Below, in pieces: positions 53,651 to 64,000 of a stretch of 64,000 nt of DNA. A program made the translations under genes and the position numbers. The stretch is from Vicugna vicugna (taxonomy: Eukaryota), in assembly GCA_013265495.1 (NCBI GenBank), contig MU063682.1, forward strand, positions 62,001 through 126,000, written 5' to 3'. Each line of letters starts with the position of its first letter. The first letter of the stretch is position 1. Below the pieces are notes generated by a model. It was not told the DNA's origin and ran no database searches. It saw only the letters and a program-made list of their open reading frames with translations.

Positions 53651-56600
53651 CTGCAGCAAGGACAGACAAGGGCGGGGTCAGCCGCCTCTGTTCTCCATTG
53701 CGGCCCTGAGGCCCTGGGGCACTCAGCCAGGAGGGCTGCCCACCTAGGGAACCGCTCAGCGTCCTTACTCGGGAAGCATGCGGCCCTTCTCCCCGGGGCC
53801 TCCGCAGACAGACGGGTGCGCGCCAGGGCCGAGCACAAAACCTACCCGGCTTGGTGGATGAGGGTTTCGGTACTAACGCTGGTTAAAATACTTCCTGCTA
53901 ACAAGTGGCTCCCTGCAAACAGTTTTCCATACGTCTATTTTCCCCTCCAGCTGCACTGAGGTGTAACTGACACAGTATGTTGTGACACCGTCAGTTTAAG
54001 CTGTACAACACGTTTAATATTTTTCCAAGTGCCACCGATACGCCTCACGCAGGGACATCTCAGGGACCGTGACAGGAAGGGCAGTGCCTGCTTCATGGCC
54101 CTGGGAGGGGTCGGGGTGGCCGGCAGGCCTTGTCCTTACCCATGTTGTCCACCCCTCGAGGGATTATCACGTCAGCATACTTCTTCGTCTGTAAGGCAAG
54201 AAAAGGAGGGTCTCGTAAGGGCCTGTCCTGAAGGTGATTTCAGCCTGCTTGGGGCCAGAGGCAGGGGAGCAGGCCCGGCCTGGCCCAGCAGGGTAGTTCT
54301 CAACCAGCTGAGAGACAGTGGCTCCAGAAGTGAGGGAAAGGGGGCCAAGGCAGCCAGAGGAAACGGCCCTGCTGTCCTGGTGTCTCTGAGGCTGCTCTCT
54401 CCATGAACACCGCTGCAGAGACTGGTTCTCTGTGCTGACGGCCTGCTTCCCTGGGCCAAGTGAAGCGGGCGCCCTGCCCCTACACGGGGCCTTCCTCCGC
54501 TGGAGTCTGGGACCTTGACAAGAAGCCGGAGGAGCAAGCGGGGCAGGTGCAGCGTTCTCACCCCGGTGACAACAGGGCTGCACTGCAGGCGAGGATGTCC
54601 GCAGAGCCTGCGCCCTTCCGCCAGCGCCCTCACCTGCTCCCACGCCGGTAACTCACTCCCTGCCCAGTGCTCTGCGGAGTGACCAGGGACAGACACCAGG
54701 GGGTGCAGGGCCATCGGAGGACCCCAACCAGATGCTGCTGAGGGGGCTGCATCTGAATCAACAGAGGGAGGCGAGGCAGAAAACGGTCTGAGCCAAGAGA
54801 CAGACCGCACACCACCAAGTGTCGCTGGCGTGTGGATCTGGGGCAACGAGGCCCGTCACAAGAGATGAGCCCCCGGGGGCAGGTGGGACCGAGTCTTGGG
54901 GCCGCCGCGTCTGCAGGCAGCGGACACCCTCTAAAGACGTGAGCACAGGAGGACCAGGGCTGCCTTCTACCAGGCGGCCTCTCGGGGGGGCGCAGACGGT
55001 GGGCTGAGGGTGCAGAAGTGCAGCCCAGCAAAAAGCTGAGAAAGGGCTTCACTGTGGGGATGGTGGGCAGGGTGGGGGGGGGGGGCATGACCAGGTTAGC
55101 TGGACTCAGTGTGTGGCTACATGTAACGGGTTGGGGGGAGAGGGAGGCTCAGGCTGAGAATGGTCCTGCCTCCACGCGGGGGCCCCCAGTCACACGTGGT
55201 GTCCAAAGTTTTACCATCAGCTACCGACTTCGCGAAGTGTCTTTCTATGAATGAGAGACTACAACAGTCCAGAAACTCATCGGCCATCAGTGTAGCTCTG
55301 TCCTACTTGTCTGCTGCCCGTTCCTTTGTGCTGTATTTTTACATTTAAGAAGCAAAATATTAACAACCAAAAAAAAGCAGCAGCAAAATATTGTTAAATT
55401 TCCCTTTAAATCCCTCCACCAGTCCTATCTAGTGAGAAGTGTAAGATGGAGGAAGAGACAGGTGGCCACACACAGTGAGTCCCTCCTCTCTGCAAGCCGC
55501 TGGACCTTCCAGTGCCGGCCAAGGGCAGCCCAGAGACACACCTGGCATGGGTGACGTTATTAAGCACCTACTATGTGCCAGACACCATTTTGGCAGTGAA
55601 CAGACAAAAACCCCTACCCTCGTGGAGCCTGCCATCCTAAGCAGGGATAGGGGAGCGCACGGTGTGTGTCAGCTGACAGGCAGGGCCCCGGGAAATGGCA
55701 GGTGTTGTGGGGGAAGGCCTGGGGCAGGGGGGATGCTGGCGGCAGGAAGACGGGGACCTGGGCTCTTTGAGGCAGCGAGGGTGGAAAGAACAGAGAACAC
55801 ATTCATAGCTAAGACCTGCTCCCTGTGAACTTAGCTACAATAAGCTAATTTCTCCATTTATACAGCAGACCCCATTTATACAGCACAACTCAGCTCTCAG
55901 AGAACAGGGCACTGTGGGTCCTTCTGAAAAGGGAGAGGGGAGGAGGTTCCCAAGTAAGCGAAAGGCAGTACCGGGAGGCAGAACTCCTCGAAGGCTGGCT
56001 TGACGAAGGTGGTGTACTGCGTCAGAATCTGCTCCAGGTCCCGGCCACGGTGCACGTCCCGAAGAACTGCAGCCACAGGAACAAGGCGGGGGCCTTCAGA
56101 CCTCGGGCCTCGCAGCTGGCCAGAATGGAGGCAGGGAGGCCCGAGTTCACCTTACCTCTTCTTGACAGCCTGACATCGGAGTCAGTGTCCACAAAGAGGC
56201 GCAGGTGGAACATGTCCCGGATCTCCTGGCTGTAGAACACCAAGATGCCCTCAAACAGGACCACGTCTGCAGGGTAGACCACTGTGGTCTCCGCTAACCT
56301 GCGAGGCGAGAGCAGGTGGGGAGCCTGCAGTCAGCTTCAGTCCCCAGGCACTGACTCTGTGGTGAGCACAGATCCCAGTGCGGGAGAAGGGTGTCCCCAG
56401 AACCAGCAGGGCGGGGCCCACTGTGGGGTCCCAGGGGGGTTGTCCTCACCAGCCCCCAGCACACAGCCCTCTCCTCCCAGGAACCACTTGCTTACCTTGA
56501 GTGGGTCACAAAATCATAGGTTGGGACCTCGACAGTTTTGCCTTCCACAATGTTTTTCAGAGTCCTGTGCATCAAATCGTTATCAAAAGCATCTGCAGGG

Positions 56601-58144
56601 AGGGAACAAGATGAGCCCAGTGTCCTTGTGCTGGGGACAGGAGGGAACTTGCCCTGCCTTGGGGTCAGCACAGCTGGGTGCAGGTACTACCAACGACCCT
56701 AAGAAACATTTGGACGAGGAGCTGCCTCTAGTTTATGTTTGCAGGATCTAAATCCCAGGATGGATCTGTCCTTGCTGCCCTCAGGCATTGCCACTGCTCA
56801 GGTTACTGTCCCACCCAGAAGTTTGAACACAGGGATCTCCTAATCGGCCAGCCCTGGGAGGCAGGTGAGCCAGGCGTCTGCTTCTCAGGCCGCCTTCCAT
56901 GTGTCCCCTGGAAAGGAATGAAGATGGGAGCCAGCCACAGAGTGGAATCTCCCAGTAGCAGCAGGCAGGGACAGGCTGGCCCTTCTGCCTGACCCACTCC
57001 ATCTCCACCTGTTCTCCTGGCCCCTAATCAGACCAGGAAACAGGGCTTCAAGGCCTCTGGTTCTTGTTTACCCACTGCTGGCCTCTTGAGGCCTCTGCCC
57101 CAGGGTAGGTGGGGAACTGAAAGGCCATGGTGGTCGTGACCTGTGCAGAGGGCCACTAATAGCAGGGAGGTGAGTGGATTTCTCGACGACCACAGTTGTG
57201 GCAGAGCAGTGGTCCTGCAGGCCCTTCTGAGGTGAAGACATCCTGACTGGCTCCAATCAAAGGAGCCTGTAACTCCTGCAGCATCACCCAGGGCCCGGAG
57301 AGCTCCGGAAAGACTTCCTGGCCTAACCACACAGCCGGCTCCAGCGCGGATTATTCAGGTGATTTCACGGAACCACTCAGGTTTCTCTGTATCCCTGTCC
57401 AACCCTGGACCCAGTCTCCCTGCTCTGCCCTCCTCCCACACACCCTCCCGACTCTCAGGGTCTCTACCTGGATGGTCGAAATTGTACTGTCCCTTCAAGG
57501 CCTTGGCCTTCTGTTCCGCAGTCAGGACCTTATAGAAACTGTCCTGACTGAGGATGACCAGCTTCCGCTGCCGGTGGTCTACTTCATTCTGTCCCAGCAG
57601 CTCCATGATCTTCTCACACACGGTTGACTGGGGACAGAGAAACAGATCCCCGCCTGGAGACGCTCATCCCGCCGCGGGCGTTGGGGCCTGCACAGACCTG
57701 GCTTCTGGAGACGGACCCACCAGGTCCCGAGGGGCTGCCAGGTCCGTCAGGGGCAACGCGGACCTGGAAGCTACGAGAGGCCAGGCCAACGGGAGGCTTG
57801 GGGGGAGCCCCGAGGTCCAGCGCCCCACTCCCGGCCCACGCCCTGTCGGGGCCCGGTCCGTCACGCCGCAGCCCCTCGGCCAGCCCCCAGCCCGGCCTAC
57901 GCCCACGCCCGGGAGGGGGCACCTCGACAACCAGAGGCTGGGATCTCTCTCTGGACGGAGGCCGGATCGGGCGGCCCGGAATCCCAGGGGGCTGGGGGTC
58001 GGGGTGACACGCAAGCCCCCCCGCCCAGCTCCTTACCTTGCCGCTCGCGGTGCCGCCGCTCACCCCGATCAGGAAGGGCCGCTGGTGAGGACGGTCCGCC
58101 TCGGGCGCGGCGGCTTCGCAGTCGCCGCCTCCAGCCGAAGCCAT
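53469..58144 (-). CDS. UCK1: UCK1, uridine-cytidine kinase 1; complete spliced CDS, 834 nt, 277 aa
   Basis: The 7 exons sum to 278 codons. Contains P-loop [28 protein letters not shown] and [15 protein letters not shown], with C-terminus ...[10 protein letters not shown]...SSRPH*. Confidence 0.98.
54140..54188 (-). CDS. UCK1: UCK1 exon 6 ([16 protein letters not shown])
   Basis: ttacag / gtaagg; 49 nt. Confidence 0.94.
55545..55650 (-). mobile_element. L2 3'-end fragment in UCK1 intron 5
   Basis: ttattaagcacctactatgtgccagacac resembles the L2 terminus in reverse. Confidence 0.7.
55972..56066 (-). CDS. UCK1: UCK1 exon 5 ([12 protein letters not shown]...FCLP)
   Basis: ctgcag / gtactg; 95 nt. 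Confidence 0.95.
56156..56298 (-). CDS. UCK1: UCK1 exon 4 ([17 protein letters not shown]...SRR)
   Basis: tcgcag / gtaagg; 143 nt. Confidence 0.95.
56496..56592 (-). CDS. UCK1: UCK1 exon 3 (AFDNDLMH...VTHS)
   Basis: ctgcag / gtaagc; 97 nt. Confidence 0.94.
57468..57627 (-). CDS. UCK1: UCK1 exon 2 ([11 protein letters not shown]...FDHP)
   Basis: ccccag / gtagag; 160 nt. Confidence 0.95.
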
Positions 58145-58410
58145 CTCCGGCGCCGCTCGCCCGCATCGGGTTCCTAGCTCCCGCCGCCTCCCCAAACCAG
58201 CCGGCCCTCCCGCCCCCGCGCAAAGGTCGGAGACGCCCACCGGGGCTCCACTTCCGGAAGGCGCGCGACGCGGCGGGGCGGGGCGGGGGCGGGGCGCGCG
58301 CGGGGCACGACGGGAGTTGTAGTCCCAGGAGCCGAGGGCGCCGCGCAGGCGTGGGGCAGGCCCCGCGGCAGCTCCGCGAGGATCCCGAGGCCCTTGGACA
58401 CGTTACCTCG
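57640..58410 (-). promoter_or_regulatory. CpG island / UCK1 TATA-less promoter
   Basis: CpG-dense; ETS palindrome CTTCCGGAAG 58251-60, tandem GC boxes 58275-94, ACTACAACTCCC (ZNF143/THAP11-type) motif on - at 58311-26. Confidence 0.88.
58037..58144 (-). CDS. UCK1: UCK1 exon 1, coding part (MASAGGGD...TASGK)
   Basis: gagATGG start; gtaagg donor. Confidence 0.95.
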
Positions 58411-59439
58411 GCGTCCGCTTTTTTTTTTTTTCCTAGCTACAAAGGACAAAAGCCACTCAGAATCGCAACTGGCTGAGGAGGTGTCCAGATGCCAGGTGGC
58501 CTTCTCAGCAGAGACTCGTGTCGGGAAGATTCCGTCCACCCGCACCTACGGTGCCTGGGGGCATCGGAATGACCTCCCGAACTGCAGGGCTGGGGTGGGG
58601 GACATGGGCCAGCGTCAGCACTGGCTGATCAGACTCCTCAGTCCCATGACCCAGGCCGGAAACTGGAACCAGTTTTGCCGTCTCGTTTGCTGTCATCCCG
58701 AGAGCGAGGCATCACCTCTGCACCTCTGCCTAACGCTCAGCTCCTGCCTCCAACACGGGGTCCGACCCCTCTTGCCTTAGCACAGCCTTAGTAGTGCCTC
58801 GGCTCGCCCCGACTGCAGCCCAGCCTCCACATTGGCCACCTGAGATTCCTAACACTGACCTGATCGTGTCACCCACCCACTCCCCAGCTAGAGCCTTTAG
58901 TGGCTCCCCGCTGCCTCTGGCAGCAAGTTCCTGGCCTCCTCAACCTAACCAGCACGTGGTGGGCAGAAGTCATCTGATGACTTTTTAGACAGACAGGAGG
59001 CCGGCTGTTAGCCAAGAAGACAGAGATGATGTCTGCTGGGTTCCACCTATGCCCCCAGTGCCTGGCACAGAGAAGGCAAATAGCGACTGATTCAAATTGT
59101 ATATTTCCCCAAGGCATCAAGATTCTCTTTGCAGATCCAGCTCCTAATGCATTGTGAGCACAGCATGAATATTTGATTATGTTGAAATATGATGTAGGAG
59201 AGACTAGAGTATCATGCAGACATCAGGCGAAGTCACTGTTTATGTAACTTCAGAGGTATTAACCCATTTCAGGAAGATTTCTGCTGATCAGGGGAAGACA
59301 GTCCAAGGGGACCTGGGTTCCTGAGCCCTGTGGACCTGGACAGAGAGAAGCTGATGAAGGAGCAGCTGGATCAGCATGAGAAAGCCGCCTACTAACTGAG
59401 AGGACCTTACAAGGAGGCTCAAAACAGGGAGGATCACTC

Positions 59440-59620
59440 ACATATTCACAGCATGGCAAGGTTAGGCACCAGGCAGTGAGCGCTGGGTTCAACCCTTGCC
59501 CCTGCTCCATATCCTTGGTCAGTGATGTGATGGGGGAGTTTCCTTACTTCCCAAATGTTATGACTTTGTGAAATTAACACATGTAGGTGGAGCACAGGGC
59601 ACCCGATGGTGGACAGAGGT
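59440..59620 (+). mobile_element. MIR fragment
   Basis: ctgggttcaacccttgcccctgc...gtgaaattaacacatgtagg...cacagggcacc resembles MIR. Confidence 0.55.
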
Positions 59621-59624
59621 TTAA

Positions 59625-60560
59625 CAACAGACCACAAGAGCAACTGAAATAGAGAAATTTGTTACTCACAGGTCCTGGAGGAGGTCCACAGCATGCCTGG
59701 AGGAGCCATACAGGAGGTCAAGGCAGAGTACAGACAGAGGCAGGACCTGGGGCATATGCCTTTGTCAGGATCTCTGGGTGGGGTGCTTTGGGGTTCCCAG
59801 GCTAGGGCTGGATTGGTTAATTCAAGCCAAAAGAGTGAGATTTTCCTAAGCCCCATAGGGGTCTTATCTCAGGGGCGCACAAGGCATACGGGCACTGGAA
59901 GGCAGGAGAGTCTGTCGATCACAAGATCGGATGTTTGCTCGTGACTCGTGGGCTGCTACCTAGGGTGTGTGTGTGTGAAGGCGCTAGTGTCCATTTAAGT
60001 TCTCTGCAGGCCGCTTGGCCAAACAAAATGGATGCCAGGGCAGCAATATCATGGGTAGCTTAGCTGAACTCTCGACAGGGAGACACCACCGTGAGGCTTC
60101 CATGCTGGAAGGCCAACGAAGGGCCTGGTGTACGGCCCGGCCCAGAGGAGGTGCCTGTTCTGTGTTTTCTTCATTTCTGTATTGGTCTATTCGGCCTCCA
60201 TTCCTCACAGGACCAATTATATTAACTAGATTTTCTTTTCTTTACTCTTTTCTTTTCTTTTCTTTTGTATTCTTGATGCTCTGGCATTTGGGGGCCTTAC
60301 AGACCCTTCCCCTCCCAAAGCTTCCCAATTCTTAGGAGTAGCAAAGGGAGAGCATCTTTCATGTGCAAACCAGCCAGTCCCTAATCACCTCTCATCTGAT
60401 CCCCATCAAGCCCCAGGCCCAGACACCCTCGTGGACCCTCCACCCAACCCGTTGCCTGGCGGATTCTTCCCAGCATCCCTTCCCTGGAGCTGGACCAGAC
60501 CAGCCTTGTCAGAGTTCTGGAAAGCACGGAACACAGGTGCAATGAAGTAGCAGGTTCTGC
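59625..60560. mobile_element. One or two degraded LTR (ERV-class) relics
   Basis: LTR-like motifs (atttgttactcacaggtcctgg; gatgctctggcatttggggcc...tgcaaaccagccag); family not assignable by eye. Confidence 0.5.
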
Positions 60561-61500
60561 AATCACCTGCTTGATGTTTGCTCCTAGGGTCAAGCCCGGT
60601 GAAGGCAGGCGGGGGCTGGCTTATTCGGCCAAATCTGTCACACACACAGGAAGCAACTGCTGTTGCCAAATGAGCAATAGGTTTGAGACCCATAGGTTTG
60701 GTTTCCTTGGAACCAGGCGAGGCAGGACTCTGGGATTCTCTGCTCCTAACTTCACTGTGCCCCCACCAGGTCAAGTTCAAGGAGCACAGGAAACACAGCT
60801 CTCCAGTGCTGCCCTCCCGTATTTCCTTAGCCAGCCCACCACTGGCAAAAATGCCAGTTCATTCCAATCAGGTCTGTAAACTTGCATTGAACACAAGCTG
60901 ATACTCAGCACGTAAAGAGTTGACCAGGTGTCTGATATTTTCAGAGCAGTTACTGCCATTGTCCTAATCACAGAAGTAACCCATGCTTGTTGCAGAAAAC
61001 ACATACACACAAATAAAACTAAAATCATCCATAACCCCGCACCCAGGGAAAACCGTGGCTTTGTATTCTGGTCTTTGCTCTTCTGGTCTGATATGGCTGT
61101 GGGCAGATAGTGTGAAGTGAAAACACGTTTTGGCTACACAACTTGGATTGCAATGAAGCCTCACAGAGCCTGTCAAACGTGCAGAAATAGCTGGAGTCAA
61201 ACCAGTGAATCACCAAAGTGGTTGTTAGTAAAAGTTGATTGTGTCCACACTGAAAAGACAGTTCTTGAACCGAGAGCACTCAAACCAAAACAGGGAGTAA
61301 GGCTCAGGGTACATTAAGCAGCTCATATCGTGAGGATGCAGTGACTGTTTATTCTTCACCATGACTGGTTATAATTTTAGAATTTTCTTAAATGATGAGG
61401 CTTGGTTAGTGGATCCTTCATGTCAATTTTGGGAAACATTTGAAGTTGTGCTTTTGAATTCCAGCGGCATAAGGAAGGAATGACCCAGGCCAAGTTAGTC

Positions 61501-62661
61501 TTTTTTTTTTTTTAACATTTTTTTATTGATTTATAATCATTTTACAATGTTGTGTCAAATTCCAGTGTTCAGCACAATTTTTCAGTCATACATGGACATA
61601 TACACACTCATTGTCACATTTTTTTCTCTGTGAGCTACCATAAAGTTTTGTGTATATTTCCCTGTGCTATACAGTATAATCTTGTTTATCTATTCTACAA
61701 TTTTGAAATCCCAGTCTATCCCTTCCCACCCTCCGCCCCCCTGGCAACCACAAGTCTGTATTCTCTGTCTATGAGTCTATTTCTGTCCTGTATTTATGCT
61801 TTGTTTTTGTTTGTTTGTTTGTTTTTTAGATTCCACATATGAGNNNNNNNNNNNNNNNNTCATCCTGAAGTAGGGTTCTTTCTGGATACAAGCCCAGGAG
61901 TGGGATTCCTGGGTCATACGGTAAGTCTATTCCTAGTCTTTTGAGGAAACTCCACACTGTTTTCCACAGTGGCTGCACCAAACTGCATTCCCACCAGCAG
62001 TGTAGGAGGGTTCCCCTTTCTCCACAGCCTCTCTAGCATTTGTCATTTGTGGATNNNNNNNNNNNNNNNNNNNNNNNNNNNNNNNNNNNNNNNNNNNNNN
62101 NNNNNNNNNNNNNNNNNNNNNNNNNNNNNNNNNNNNNNNNNNNNNNNNNNNNNNNNNNNNNNNNNNNNNNNNNNNNNNNNNNNNNNNNNNNNNNNNNNNN
62201 NNCTTCTGCCCATTTTTGGATTGGGTTGTTTATTTTTTTCTTATTGAGTCGTATGCGCTGCTTGTATATTCTGGAGATCAAGCCTTTGTCAGTTTCATTT
62301 GCAAAAATTTTCTCTCATTCCGTAGGTTGTCTTCTTGTTTTACTTCTGGTTTCCTTTGCTGTGCAGAAGCTTGTAAGTTTCATTAGGTCCCATTTGTTTA
62401 TTCTTGCTTTTATTTCTTCTAGGAGAAAATTTTTGAGATGTATGTCAGATAATGTTTTGTCTATGTTTTCCTCTAGGAGGTTTATTGTATCTTGTCTTAT
62501 GTTTAAGTCTTTGATCAATTTTGAGTTGATTTTTGTATATGGAGTGTTCTAGCTTCATTGTTTTACATGCTGCTGTCCAGTTTTCCCAACACCATTTGCT
62601 GAAGAGACTGTCTTTATTCCATTGTATATTCTTGCCTCCTTTGTCAAAGATTAGTTGACCA
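61501..62661 (-). mobile_element. Young 5'-truncated L1 (ORF2 3' part, 3'UTR, poly(A)) with 15-bp TSD
   Basis: Poly-T at 61501; ORF2 peptides on - ([70 protein letters not shown]); TSD caggccaagttagtc at 61486-61500 and 62662-62676. Confidence 0.95.
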
Positions 62662-62938
62662 CAGGCCAAGTTAGTCTTGCAAAGTAAGTTAGATTAAGTT
62701 TTATTTGTATGGCTAAACTGGTTTTGTCTGCTCGGGGAATTTTCAAGGCTGGTCTTTATTTGTTCTGGATTTTAACAAGCCCGTTTTCCCGAAGAAAATT
62801 GAGGAGCAGAGCTGAGGAGGTTGAGGAGCAGAGAGATTACATGGCTCCACCAAGGCTTGCGGCTGCAAATGGACCTAGAGTCAAGACAGCCGAGCTGGCA
62901 GGTACAAGAACATGCCCCATGTCGGCTCACACACACTC

Positions 62939-63032
62939 CAGACACAGGGAAGTGCCCGTTCCAAGATAAGAGAGGGAAATACGGTCAGACACAGGGAACT
63001 GCCCGTTCCAAGACAAGAGAGGGAAATACGGT
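62939..63032 (+). repeat. 47-bp tandem duplication (2 copies, 2 mismatches)
   Basis: cagacacagggaaStgcccgttccaagaYaagagagggaaatacggt at 62939 and 62986. Confidence 0.9.
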
Positions 63033-63363
63033 ATCCAGTGGTTAAGGCTGAGTTGCCCTTTAAACGGGCCAGGACCAGACTGGACCTTCGGGGGCGGGAT
63101 TCAAAGCCATAGCCCTATAGCAGCAGGGTTCTGGAACTGGCTTTCTGCTTATGGCTGGAGTCTGAAAGGGATTGCCCTTTTGTGAAGCTGGAGCAAACTG
63201 CTACCCCAGTGGCTCTGGGTAGAGAGTCCTCCCTGCAGGAGTGGAACTCTGGGCCTGACATCACCTGCATCTGCAACGGTCAGCAGGCGCAGCAAACGGG
63301 CTGAATTGCATCTGGTCATCATGATCCAGCCATTAGGAAGACTTCAAAATAGGTCTCTGAAGT

Positions 63364-63489
63364 GGGGGTGGGTATAGCTCAGTGGTAGAGTGCGTGCTTA
63401 GTGCTCGCAAGGTCCTAGGTTCAATCCCCAGTACCACCATTAAAAAATAAACAAATAAACATAATTACCTCCTGCCCCACCCCCACCCC
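63364..63489 (+). mobile_element. Camelid tRNA-derived SINE (Vic-1-like) with 15-bp TSD
   Basis: A box tagctcagtgg, B box ggttcaatccc, tail attaaaaaataaacaaataaacataattacctcc; TSD aaataggtctctgaa at 63347-61 and 63490-63504. Confidence 0.92.
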
Positions 63490-63514
63490 AAATAGGTCTC
63501 TGAAAGTGTTTGAA

Positions 63515-63670
63515 AACATGGCGACCAAAGGCAACACATAATCCTGGATTGCATTCTGTCCTGGTGAAAAAAATATGCTAGAAAAGACATTATTGAGTTA
63601 TTTGTCCTGTTCTTGCAAATTTTCTGAGTTTGAAATTATTTTCACATCAAAAGTTTAAAAAAAATTTGAA
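63515..63670 (+). mobile_element. Old L1M 3'-end fragment
   Basis: caacacataatcctggattgcattctg...tttgaaattattttcacatcaaaagtttaaaaaaaa resembles L1MC/ME 3' ends. Confidence 0.55.
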
Positions 63671-64000
63671 GAGAGCTCGTGCAGTTGAGTGCAATCACCA
63701 CAGAGAAGGCATTATGAAAAATGCAGCTTTTAAAAGGAACCAAATGAAAATTCTAATTGTGAAAAGCAAAGACTTCAAAATGTTTGCAGATCCTCTCTCA
63801 CTGTGGTTCGTCTCAAGTTTTCTCCTGTGGGTCTGAGTTGATGTGTTCTTGGGAGGTATATACGTTAGAGCTTCAAAATACCTGGGTTCTTTCACTCCCT
63901 CTGGTAGCTGTTGCCTCTTCTCTCACCTCTTGAAGCCAGCTCCGTGCATTGAATGTCTTCTGCATCTTTTAAATATTTCAAGTGGTTTCTCTTCTCCTGG

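Noticed and set aside
60589-61020. Possible spliced divergent lncRNA exon (ctcctAG...CAATAG|GTTTGA, AATAAA near 61012)
   Set aside because: Isolated weak signals in LTR-derived DNA, with no way to support transcription from sequence alone.
63364-63440. tRNA gene (A and B boxes present; also 39391-39490)
   Set aside because: No cloverleaf acceptor stem; the SINE tail and TSD show it is a tRNA-derived SINE.

Overview
Mammalian genomic DNA from a GC-rich, gene-dense region. Camelid-type tRNA-derived SINEs suggest camel, llama or alpaca. Four N-gaps indicate a draft assembly. The gene order matches human 9q34.13. First comes the 3' ~three quarters of PRRC2B on + (20 visible coding exons, one more probably hidden in an N-gap, and a ~4.3 kb 3'UTR), with two intronic SNORD62 snoRNA copies. 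Next is the complete POMT1 gene on + (19 coding exons, 2175 nt, 724 aa), then the complete UCK1 gene on - (7 exons, 834 nt, 277 aa), tail-to-tail with POMT1. The window ends in a repeat-rich upstream region containing LTR relics, a young L1 and a young SINE, both with target-site duplications. Exon boundaries were placed by hand from GT/AG sites and codon phase. All phases are consistent except the one PRRC2B junction spanning the gap. Most ORF-track entries are spurious GC-rich frames. I found no convincing new biological system. The most interesting observations are a pure (CAG)18 polyQ tract at a PRRC2B exon end, extended stems and a second rRNA-pairing element in the SNORD62 pair, interlocked POMT1/UCK1 poly(A) signals, splicing-regulatory signatures, and young insertions. 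Comparisons to human, mouse, 18S rRNA and repeat consensus sequences are from memory and need checking by alignment.
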